Of a stretch of 64,000 nt of DNA, positions 26,901-38,900 are shown one piece after another. The translations under genes and the position numbers were made by a program. A model generated the notes under the pieces. That model searched no databases and had not been told where the DNA came from. It saw nothing but the letters and a program-made list of their open reading frames with translations. Positions within the stretch are counted from its first letter, which is position 1; every line of letters starts with the position of its first letter. The DNA lies in NCBI RefSeq assembly GCF_037042905.1, contig NC_087251.1, positions 23,066,001 through 23,130,000 of the forward strand, written 5' to 3'. The stretch is from Lytechinus pictus. Its lineage: Eukaryota.

Positions 26901-29900
26901 ATTTCTTCGTATTCTAGAATAATGATGTAAACAACATCATGATACATTCTCCCGCTAGAGTATGCATTGAATGTCATCAAGGTGGCGGTCAGATGTCTTT
27001 GTGTGTTGGGTGTGACCATAATCTCCATGAGATGTGTCGGGCCGACCATGACTGCGCTGCCCTTACTCAAACCAAACACCCCACACTCAGTCAGCTTTTA
27101 CACAAGAAGTATTCCAAATATGGACACCGTCCAAAGCCGCCACAGGTACGGATACTGATAATGATGATGAGAATTTCTTTAACCCAGGGTATTCACTTTA
27201 TAAAGCTGTTCTCCAAGTGGGCCCCTTCTCCAAACTAAATACATATAAAGCTGAGTATGTACAATGTACCTGGAAGCCAGGAGGTCACATTTTAACTCTG
27301 TTGTGTCAGTAGGATGGGATTTGAACCCATGACTCTCCATTCAGGAGGAGAGTGCTCATACCACTAAGTCAACAAGCCCAGTCAAGGAAGGGTTTTCATT
27401 TAGAATTGTATAAAATTAAAAGAGTATTACAACCATTGCACTCAATAGTTTGATACTATTTGATGTTGAAATAAAATTACACTACTAATTGAGTGTTTGT
27501 GCTTGCTAATCACAAATCATATGGGCTATTCCACGGTTACTCACGTTACATTTGGAGACATTTTGACTCATACTTGGAGCTGTAACTCCATTATTATTGA
27601 TAGGAACTAAACATCTCTTTATCACAACAAAGTACACAGTCTGACTATCCTTTGTATAAAAACAAAACTTGGGAAATTTTATTATGCTCCTGGCAAATCT
27701 TTGGAATGTGTCGGTTACTCACGTTACATGATTTGGACATGCATAAAATGAAAAGTCGACATAAGTGAAAAGTCTCCTCATACAAGGCTTTTATGAAAGT
27801 TGATTATATCTATTTCAAAAAAGTATATTAGGGAGACAAACTTTGTACATAATTAAAAAAATAAAGAACACATGGTTTTTACTTGGGGTGCAGATAATAT
27901 GGTTACTCACGTTACGGTTACTCACATTACATTTTGTCCATGTATGGTTAACAACACAAACGTCATTAAGAATTCAATAATGTGTGTAAAATTCATTTGC
28001 TAGGAACATCAAAAAGAGATTTTATACAAAAAATTGGAACAATTGGAGCTTTATTAGGGAGTAAGAGGGAAAAGTATGATTTTGCTTACTAATTATGCAT
28101 AAATTAGCATAATTGCTTAATACCAATTTGCATGAAATAAATTACTGATAGTATTGTAGATTATGTCCAAGACAACCTGCGTGCAAATTTTCAACGTGAT
28201 CGTGCGGCCAAAGGCCGAGATCTCAAAGGGGGCCTAGGAGGCCCCCCACCCCCCCCCCCCCCCCCGGGCCATATTAACTCCCAAAATACCCCAGCCTAGA
28301 TAGGGTTACAGGTAAGGACATTCAATGTGTTGTTCAAACACTCTTTAAAGTTTGGTTAATTGAAACCAAGTCTTACTAATGCACTCTCGCATTGTGAATA
28401 CTTCTACTAATATTCAATTTTTTGTGTGATTGTATGACCACTGATATTTTGATGAACAAAGAGTCACATCAAAGAGGTGTACCCTCATTTTGCTTTTAAT
28501 TAATCAAAAATAACTTCACAACTCACCATGAGACTTAAAACTTGACATCCCACAGAAAATGTTACCTAACTGCATAATTTCTACTGGTTACTCACATTAC
28601 ATGATGGTTACTCACGTTACAAAGTTACTCACGTTACAGTTTTTCTTCATCATTTTTATAAAAAATTGTACTTTTTAATGATTTTGTTAGTCATCACTGT
28701 GTCAAAGATTGTTTGAAGGAAGAGAATTTAAAATCCCACCAATTAACTGTGAACAATTTTTCTCTCAGAAAACAAAGTCAGCTTTTTCGGTTACTCACGT
28801 TACATCACCTGAGCAGGTTGCAATATTCATTTTTGAATGAGTACTACAAATTTACTTGAAAAGCTGTTGTGTATTTTAGGTAATTTGACTCTTCTAAACT
28901 TCAGAAATATATAAAGTGGTACGTTGTTGCAATAACAAAATGGTAATAAGGCATATTTCATTTTTCACTATTTTTCTTGTATTTTGGTACAGAATGGAAG
29001 ACACAACCTTTGACCATTTTTTTCCAAAGTATACATATGAAAATAAACTTTTTATTTCTTGTTCCTGAAACTATCAAGCATGAAGGACTTAAAGTATTAA
29101 AAAATTCAAGAAAATATTGAATTTGAATTTTTAAGCTCATGTCCATCAACCTGTGGAATTGCCCATATACAGGTGAATCCCCTAATTATAATTAGAAATG
29201 TCTTATGTGAGAGTGCAAGTTAAACCCATCTTTATCCTTTATGCTACTCAAGCCAGACAAGTTGTAGAATATTATCCATGTAGTAGCTAACCAAGCTTCA
29301 GATATTTGTTAAAATTGAAGAGACACGTTGCATAGCTTTGTTGGTTAATTAGAGCTACATTATGTCTAGGCTAACTTAAAGACCACAGTTTTATTGTGTG
29401 CTAACCCATTCACTTTACAAGTACAGATTATCCTAATCCTAGTGAAATGAGTCAAAAAATAATTTTGCAATGTAATGATAATGAAGAGAATTGGGTGTAA
29501 ATGAAAATTTAAATGAATTATTTGTAGTATTGCCTTTTTCCACGAATATTGAAAAGAAGATGAAACATGGCATTCCTGTTTAGTCTAGGGTTTACTAATA
29601 AGAATACCACCAATGTTTGCTATCATTACCAACCAGTCTATTTTCTACCATTTCATTTTATATTTCTCTAGGCACTGCTGCCCAAGAAATCATTCCGATT
29701 GGAGAGGTACAAATTGCAGAAGGATTGCTGTGTGTGTTCCAATAGAGGTGCTGGCGGTGATCGTGTCAGGCGTAGATCACAAACAGTGTGTTACTACTGT
29801 AAAAGAGGGTTGCATTGGCAGTGCAGATTTAATCACAATTGCGAGCTCATGTCGATAGAGCCAGTTCAGGTAAATTTTTATAAATGCTTGATAAAAGATG

Positions 29901-32900
29901 ATTTATTGGCTAATTACGATTTTCATTGACTTTATCAGTCAATTTGATTTAATTCATTTATTCTTAGCTAACTTTGAATGCCCACCTAGATCTTCTCGCA
30001 GAAAGAAAAAGAAATTGAACACAAAAGGAAAGAAATTCAAGACCCAAATGAGCTGTTCCGACATACTGTACTTAAAGATAAATACCAGTAGGGGTAACGA
30101 TCTCAAAATGACTTCGAACAGAATCCAATGAAATTACCATCTAAGTGTTTGTATGTATAAATAAGAAATATGTGCCAAATAGCTCTGGAAGAAAGTGCGT
30201 AATTGCTGAGAAATTAGCAAAATAATCAAAGAATCCGCTCAAATGTCGGGTATTTTTTCAAAGCAATATTAATACACTTTCCCACATATGCTTTTCTGTG
30301 TTAGTGATCATCAGAATTAGCGATCTTGAGCTAAGATTTCATGATTTTACAAAGATAAGTTTACATTAATGTACCAGGTCTATATGTATGGTAATATTTT
30401 GACAATTAACCTTGATTTAAAAGACTTTCTTAAGAAATAATTGTTTGCTATAACAACTGTCTTTTACCTTTAAGTTCCAAGTAGAGAGGGTTAGATCATC
30501 AACCCATTCCATTATTTAATAACTTACCACAAGTTTGTACCTTTTTTAATTAATTGTACAGTGGGGTATTGTAGCCTTTAAAAAAAAGGAATTTTGGTAG
30601 TTGGCATTCATTCTGGATTTTTATTTATGCCTCTCATCATACCTGTTAATTTTATTTTCTTTTAGTATGTGGTATGTTTTTGTTCATAATAAGAAATCTT
30701 ATTTTTTGACAAATCAATGGATGCCCATGTGCACAAAATATTTATAAAGCAGGTTAAATGCATTCTTGATGTCAAATGTTTGAATTGTGTTAGAATTATG
30801 TTATAATATATATCAAAGTCACTGACACTTAACCCTAAATAGACTGGGCTATTTCGATGCCTAAGAAGACTGGGGGGGGGGGGGCTGATTCAGCCCCCCC
30901 CTATGATCTCGGCCGTCGACCGCGCAATCGCGACAAAAATTTGCACGTGCATTACCAATGGCATAATCTCCAAGACTGTAGGATCAAATTTTTCCGAAAA
31001 ATCTCATAATTCATTAATAATGCTAATTTATGCGTAAAATCAAAGATTTGCTCTAGTTAACTAAATAAGGCCTCTAAACTGCTAATTTTTTATTCACAGA
31101 CTCTTTGAAGGATTCTGATCAAATGTACTTTAAAAAAAATTCAATATCACAATTGTTTACTTATGCATTTTATTGTTTTTTAAATTTCTTATGTATTTCT
31201 TTGTTTTTCGACTTTTTGTTTTTTATTGTTTTTTCAATGGAAATCGTCCGCTACTTTATTTTGACCATAAACAAGATGAAATTAATTGAGTTTGATTAGT
31301 AAAATTGAAAATAATGATACATTTATGAATTTTGGCTAAAAACACAATTTGCATTGGATTTGTACACAAATTTGCGTTTTTGAGCAATTTCGGGTCAACA
31401 TGCACTTACAAAATGTTGCGCAATTTCGGAACCACGTACCCGGGCGTCGCAGATTTGGTCTCAATAGTTGCGCAAGACTTGAAAGAAAAAAGTTATGGAA
31501 CGGCGCGGCGCCAGCTTTTTGCATTACAGATTTATCGCGAAAAATGTCGAGGGGAGGGCTGAATCAGCCCCCCCCCCCAGTCTTTTTAGGGTTAAATGTG
31601 ATATTGTTTTCTTGTATCTTACAGTCCACTGCTGGGGGTAGTAATGTGGTGCTTTTGACAGGGGGTAGCAGAAAAAGAAGAGATTGTGTTGTCTGCTCAG
31701 TACGAAGATTGGGTCAGCGACACAGGTCCAGGACTATATGCAAGTTTTGCAAAAAAGGCCTTCATCGAAAATGTGAGCATAGACACTTGTGTCCCTGGAT
31801 CAAAACAGGAGAAGAAGTACCTGAAAAGGTAAGGACTTAATGGCCCGAATTCACAATGGTTGTTTTTAAAACCATTGGTTGAACCCATGGTTTATGCATT
31901 TTTCCTCTATAAATTACGCTTATTTACTGCGTATATTAAAAATTGTCCAATGCTCATGCGCGCTTTTGTCACAGTGCACCAAATTGATGCCTGTTGCCAT
32001 GGTTTCGTACACTATTTTATTAATGAGTCTACTGTTTGAAGAGTGGACTCATGAATAAAATAGCGTGGATGACCATGGCAACAGGCGTCGAATTGGCGCA
32101 CTGTGACAAAAGCGCACATCAGCATTGGACATTTTTTTAATTGATGCGGTAATAAGCGTAATTCATACAAGAAATCTGCATAAACTATGGGTTCAATCGA
32201 TGGTTTTAAAAACCACCTTTGTGAATTCGGGCCATAAAGTACATAATGGCAGTCCTGAGGGCTTTCATACTTTTGGCTGGTAAATGTTGCTAGATCAGGT
32301 TCTCAATCATTTTAATTCCCCTCAATTAAAGCTTGAAATCCAGTCTTTGTAGATAAAAAAAATATATATCTAAATAGAAAGTTTACAGTATTATGCAAAA
32401 AATTTCAGGGTTGTAGAAAATTCACTTCCACTTCTTTGAAAAGCAAAGGAATATTTTGGGCATTTAATTTAAGAATAGAGCATTTAACCAGGAATCAAAA
32501 TAGCCCAGTCTTTTTAGGATGAATACTTGCTTCGAGGCAGTAACCTGTGCCTGCATGCTGAGGAAGTGAAAGTTTTTGTCATCCACTAAATCAAAATGGT
32601 GGCTATTTGCTTTACAATCCATATTGGAAACAATTGAATTGTAAAAAGAAAAGTAAGCATACTTCACTAAGAAAATTACTGGTACACCTTAACTGATATG
32701 GTCCATTTTGGTAAGCCAAGAATTTTAATCTTTATCTTCCTTTTATTCTTATTCTCTTTTTGCTCTAGAATTGAACTTGAATTTCAAGTGTTCATTTGCT
32801 TGTTTTTTATGAATTTTCTTGTGAATTGTTGAAAAATTAAAAACTGTATTTTTCATGTTCTGTAGGAACCCCGCACCTTTGAAGGCAGCCACCAAAAGAG

Positions 32901-35900
32901 GAGAAAGACAGATTCTGATTCTGAAAACACATTAGATCACAGAAGTAGTCAAGTGCTTATATCAAATGATACACCTATGTATAGTCGGAACAAGACCACC
33001 TCCAATGCAACTCATCAACTCAATGCTCCCACACAGCTCAACTCTCACATGCAACTCAACTTTCATATTCAACTCAATCCTCACACACAACTCAATCCTC
33101 ACACACAACTCAATCCTCACACACAAGTCAATCCTCACACACAGCTCAATTCTCCTACGCAACTCAACTCTCATACACTACTCAACTCTCATTCACAACT
33201 CAGTTCTCGAGCACATCTCAGTTCTCATACTCAACTTGGCTCTCATACACAGCTCAACTCTCACACACAACTTAACTCTCACACACAACTCAATTCGCAC
33301 ATACATCTCCAAACTCAAGAAGGTTTACTGTCACGACTACAGCTGAGGCCACACGAGACTAAAAAACAGACTCACCAGAAAGTCCAGAATATTCCTCCTG
33401 AGACATCTATCACCAGAGTGAAAGTAGAAAACATTGAATCTGATTTCGATGAAACCAACATTCCTGATTTAGACCCAACTCAAGGACATATCTCACAAGT
33501 GAGTTTGATTAAAGATCCCGTCATTAGCTCATAGATAGATATTAGCTGAAATTAGAAATGCTACCAAAAGCCCTGTCATTTAAAGTTGCTTGTTTTTGCT
33601 ATTAGGCAAAACAACATAAATGAAGCCTTTCTCGAGCTTTGATGAATGGTCAAGAATGTGAATTATTCTTAAGTGTCATGATTTTTGGAAATTGAACTGG
33701 CATTTGAATAGTTTTCATCTATTGGTTCTTTGTAAAATTCTGATTTTTTTCCTGAGGATATCTGTTTGTATTTTTGTTTTGTTTGAAAGCTGTGGGGCCA
33801 TTTTAACACTTATCTTAACAAATATAAGTATTGCATATCAGATAGCCACAAAGATGATACCCTGAGATTTGAAGAAAAATCCACCAAACTACAATATTGT
33901 TAGCTAGTTACTGAATAAAACTATTATGTACTTGATGAATAAGACAACATGTGAATGAACTTCATTACCTTTCATTGAATTAAAAGGAGGAAGATGTGGA
34001 AAGAAAGGAGGAAATTGATGAAAGAGAGGTATTGCCCTCTCTTGTGAAGATTCCAGGAAATGGCATTAGAGATGGACGTAAGGACTGCATTGTGTGCTCT
34101 AGTCGTGCCAGTTTTGGAAGACGCAAAAGGGCTTACACTATGTGTAATCTGTGTAAAAGAGGTTTACATCAGAGATGTCAACAGTACCATACCTGTGGTC
34201 TTGGCAAACGACATCAAAAGGTACTCACTTGTATTCGCAGATATTGCATGTAATTCTCTTTTGATATTTGGTGATTCATATAAAGAATGTTCATTCCTAA
34301 ACAGTTGCTAATTTTCTTTTAATCATATATGGAATGCAAATTGTTATACATGATATGAAATAGTGTTTTATCAGTAAATTATTGGGTATTGTTTTTGTGT
34401 GGCATTTCTTTCAGACCTTCAGAGTCCCTTTAATAATGTCTCCTTGCTCATCCAAGTGTGTAAAAACAAAAATAGTCCTTATCATTTGGGATGAAATACA
34501 CATTCATATGACATAAAAAAATTTGGTTTTCATAAATTATTTATGAAATAATTAGCAATTGTTTTAATGTCCATTTTCTTACTCACCCTGCAAATGTATA
34601 GTATATATGTACAAAGAGACTCCATATATGAGCTCCTATAGAAACATAATTCAGAAGTAGAACTTTTTGAGAAATAAACGACTTATGTGACCATTTTTTA
34701 AATGCAAGATGATCATTTTCTTTAAATGCCAACAGGATTATGAGTGTTTTAGTCTTTGTCATTTTACTCTTTAAAAAAAATCATTTGTCTATATTAGCAT
34801 GATGTTCCGACCAAGAGATCTCCTGTGAAGAAGACACCGGTGTATACATGGATTAACAAGGTAAGGTACCAACTTGAGACACAAAAGAGAAATATAGTTT
34901 TCTTCATTTTTTATGTGTTTTACTTTGGTTATTTCCAAATTGTTTTTATATTGATCACTTTTAGACTTTTATACCGGTTATCTTGGCCATTTTTGGAGAT
35001 AAGTCCTATAAAAATCTGAAAAAAATTGTCATCTCTATACACCAAGGCAGCCAACCAAACAGTTGATTCAAATACTTTTAGGACATCAAAAAGCATAGCA
35101 CTAAAAATGTTATCAAAACCAGATGTGAATAAAGAAAAAGTTATAGCATGTCCAGATAAACTTAGCTTTCAGAAAAAGTGATACATTTATATATAACATG
35201 GATGATATGCATTTATGATATATTTCTTATGGCTTTCAGTATGTGAACTTGAAATATTTAATTACAGTCCAACCTCTCTTATCCTGACACGTTGGGACCT
35301 GCACCAATCAGGATAAGGGATTTATCCGGATTTGGGAGACCCATTAGGCAATACGCAATACATGCAGCTGCCTTTTCAATGTTAGCTACACGTAATCTAT
35401 TGTAGTGGGCGTACAGACAGTATTCACTGCTGTTTCAGTGCAAAGTATAGGCATTTTTAGGGAAATGAAATCGATTGGTAGCCATAACTGTTGGATATTT
35501 TACCTGCTGAAATGATTGAGGTATACATCGAGCATACCTCTAAAGAAAGAGAATGACTAGATGAAAATAAGTTTTAAAATTGGATCGTCCTGGCGGGCAT
35601 CGCAGCTTTGCAAAGTCAGCCATTGTTATACTACTGTTGGCTCAAACATGATAGATGGCGCTGTCCGTATCGAGGCCTGGCGCTTGCGAGACATATTGTT
35701 TTTTCCCCAGAAAACAAAAGAGAATGTGATAAAATGGTTGCGCTGTGCCCTGATTTACTAGAAAATTATCCTGTCCAAGTTCTTCCAGTGATTTGGGTAA
35801 GATATTTTCATAAAAAAATAATGTGGATGTACATGTAGGTAGGCTATATTGAAAAATGTATAATCAATGTGAGTTTGGGTAGGAATTTTTAGTTCAGATT

Positions 35901-38900
35901 GAAATTTCATTTCCTCACGTACTAGATTGAAGAAAAAAAATCTCGGCAAGTGTCCATGCGGTTAAGAGAAAGATCTGGATAAGGGGAGGTCGGATAAGAG
36001 AGGTCGGACTGTATTCTTCTTCAGTGATGTAAAACCTGGCTTGAAAACTCCATGTAAATGTGAAATTATCAACATCATGTATCTTGTTGTGAATCAGTGG
36101 AAAGCTAAAGTGATATTGAATGTGCGTCATGAACAAACCCTCATTTGTAGATCACCAACGATGTACGTATCATGGTGGTGTGAAATGGTTCAAATGAAAC
36201 ATCAAAATTCCATGACCATGTTTTTCATCCAATTTTGATCAAATATTTAGCTTTTTTTTTCTTTATTTGTGCAATCAACTTATGTTGATATGGTTTTGGC
36301 CTGTGATAAAATAAATCTCTATGACATATTTGCTATCAGCCAATCAAAAGCCTAGCATTTCCTTATATTTTTCACAGCCATGTTAATTTTGATGTTAAAA
36401 CATACATATGAAAAGAGACCGAGATTCATGCAAATAAAGTATTACAATGCCGTTTCTTTTGATTATCTGGTCTTCCAGCCTGATGGCGTGGCAGAAGAAG
36501 CCAGCCTACCGAATGAAAGCTATTCACAAGAACCTAATCAAGAAGGAACACCAATACTGGTGAAGTGTGTACCACAAACATTGATAGACTGCAAGGAGTG
36601 TGCCTACCATGACGGAAACAAGAAGTTTACCCATCTCATGTGCAACATCTGTAAAGAAGGTGTCCACAAGAAGTGCTTATATCGCCACAAGTGCCACAGA
36701 GATAAGGAGAACACAGACTCCCACGATTCTAGCATGGTAATTTTGTTACAGGGGTTCCCTAGATATAACCTAGTAATTCATAGAGATCATTCAGAATTAC
36801 AATACTGTATTACTTCTTTTGCAGTTTTATCAGTTATTTCCTTATGATTAAAGATAGGGAATTTGATACTGAGAACAGTTCCTTTTTATTGACCAATTCA
36901 CAACTCGCCCATATGTGCATTCTATAACTATGTAATCACTCTAAAATATTGAGTAAGACCCTGTGAATTTGCATGCTCTTGCAAATGCAGTATGCTGTGT
37001 AGTTATATTGAGGTTCTTTCCAGTCTCAACTGCAGTTACACACTCATCATTCTGGATTTGAGTGGGGATTTTGTTTTTTATGCTTGCCTTACAAATTAAA
37101 CCTGCATTCTCCCTGTAATTGGGTTGTGCAGAGCTGCCAACCATTACAATACAATTCCAGAAACCTAGACAAAGTTCAAAGGTCATTGGGGTCAATACTG
37201 GCAGGTCAGGTGTCAACTCTAAGATTGGGAGGAGGGACATCATGACTCTCCCCCCCCCCCCTTTTCAGGGAAACACAAAGACAGCACCACAGATTTCCTT
37301 TGAAGTCTCTTGGCAGTTCTGAGGTTTGTCACCCTGTACGATGCCACTGAACTTTATTTCAGTGTCTGCATCTGCAGGAACATAGAGAACTCACAGAATA
37401 ATCTTGATAAGTGATTTCTTATGACTAATGACAAGAATGGAGTTAAGGAGAACCCACTGTACTGAGCTATGGATTATTCTTGAAAAGGTGAATTTGTTTT
37501 TCTGCTTGAAAAAGAGGAATTAAGAGGTCCAATTCATACCTTTTTTTAAGTTGGCATGTGTGAAGTCGCATCATGAGCAGTGTGACTTGTATCAAAGCTG
37601 ATGAGTGTACATTTTGTTTTAAAAACTACACAGAACACGGGAACATTTGTTGGAGAGAGACCATTGGTGATTAGGATAGAGAGTCACGAGGTCAAAGATG
37701 GGAGGAAATCTTGCGATGTATGTTCCGGAAAGATTCGGGACGGGAAGAGACACAGATCAAGAACTCAGTGTGCAGTTTGCAGAAGAGGTTTACACTTTCG
37801 ATGCCTTTCCCAACACATCTGTCCTGGAATGAGCATTGTACCTGTGAGTTTCCCATTACGATCATTTATTTAGGTCTTTTTAAGATTGTTATTATGACAA
37901 AACATCATTGAACTCATCAATGTAATTGCAAGGAAGATCCAGTTAAGAACGTGTATGACACATTATCATATGTTTTATCTGTGTCATATTATTTGTTGTC
38001 CCTTTAGAATACTTTCATTAGTTTCATATCACTGTAAATCACCCTTCCTAATCTTTTGAAAGTCAATTTATTTGAAATCAAATCCCATTCCGAGGTATAA
38101 GAGATTGCAAATATATGTTTGATTGTATTATTTTCATTTCATGCAGGATGCAATATATGGTAATTTACCCAACGGCCCTATGTCAATGAGTGTTCCAAAT
38201 GACAGTGAGGTAGATGATGTGATAGAGACAGGATTCCATGAACCTCATCACCAGCATCTTTTGACACCTTCTACATCGAATTTAAACTTTACTGATGTAA
38301 GTTGAAATGAGATGGGGACATATTTCTACATGAAAACTCGGCTCTTAACCCACAATAAATCAGTAAAAGCCACATACAAATATTTTATTTTAAGTCAGTG
38401 AAAGCTATTTATAGTTTTGAAAACAATTTGATGAAGCAGATCCAGACTATTGTAATGCAGTGGATAAGTCTCCAGACTTTGAATTTAAACAACGGAACAG
38501 GGAACCTGGATAATTTATAATAATAGTACTAAAGTAATTATTTTTGTTGTTATTGTTGCCATCGTCATCGGTACTGTTGTTATTGTTATGATTATTATCT
38601 TTAGTAGTGCTAGTAGTAGTAGCAGCTGCAGTAGTACTATTTTCAACCACTAATAATGAGCTTTGTAAATGGATGTGAATGAATATACTGCTGCAAACTG
38701 ATATCCCTGATTTTTTTAGTGTATGTATCGAGGTAAATGTAAATTAATTATACCTCTAATGCTAAGCCACCATTGTTCGTGGTGATTTTTTTTTCTTGGG
38801 GGAGGACGATTTAATTGGTAAATATGTTTGTTCACATCAATGCTAAATCATGATCTTGTACCTGCATCAATATTTTTTGTTTTTCTTGCAATAGGCTAAT

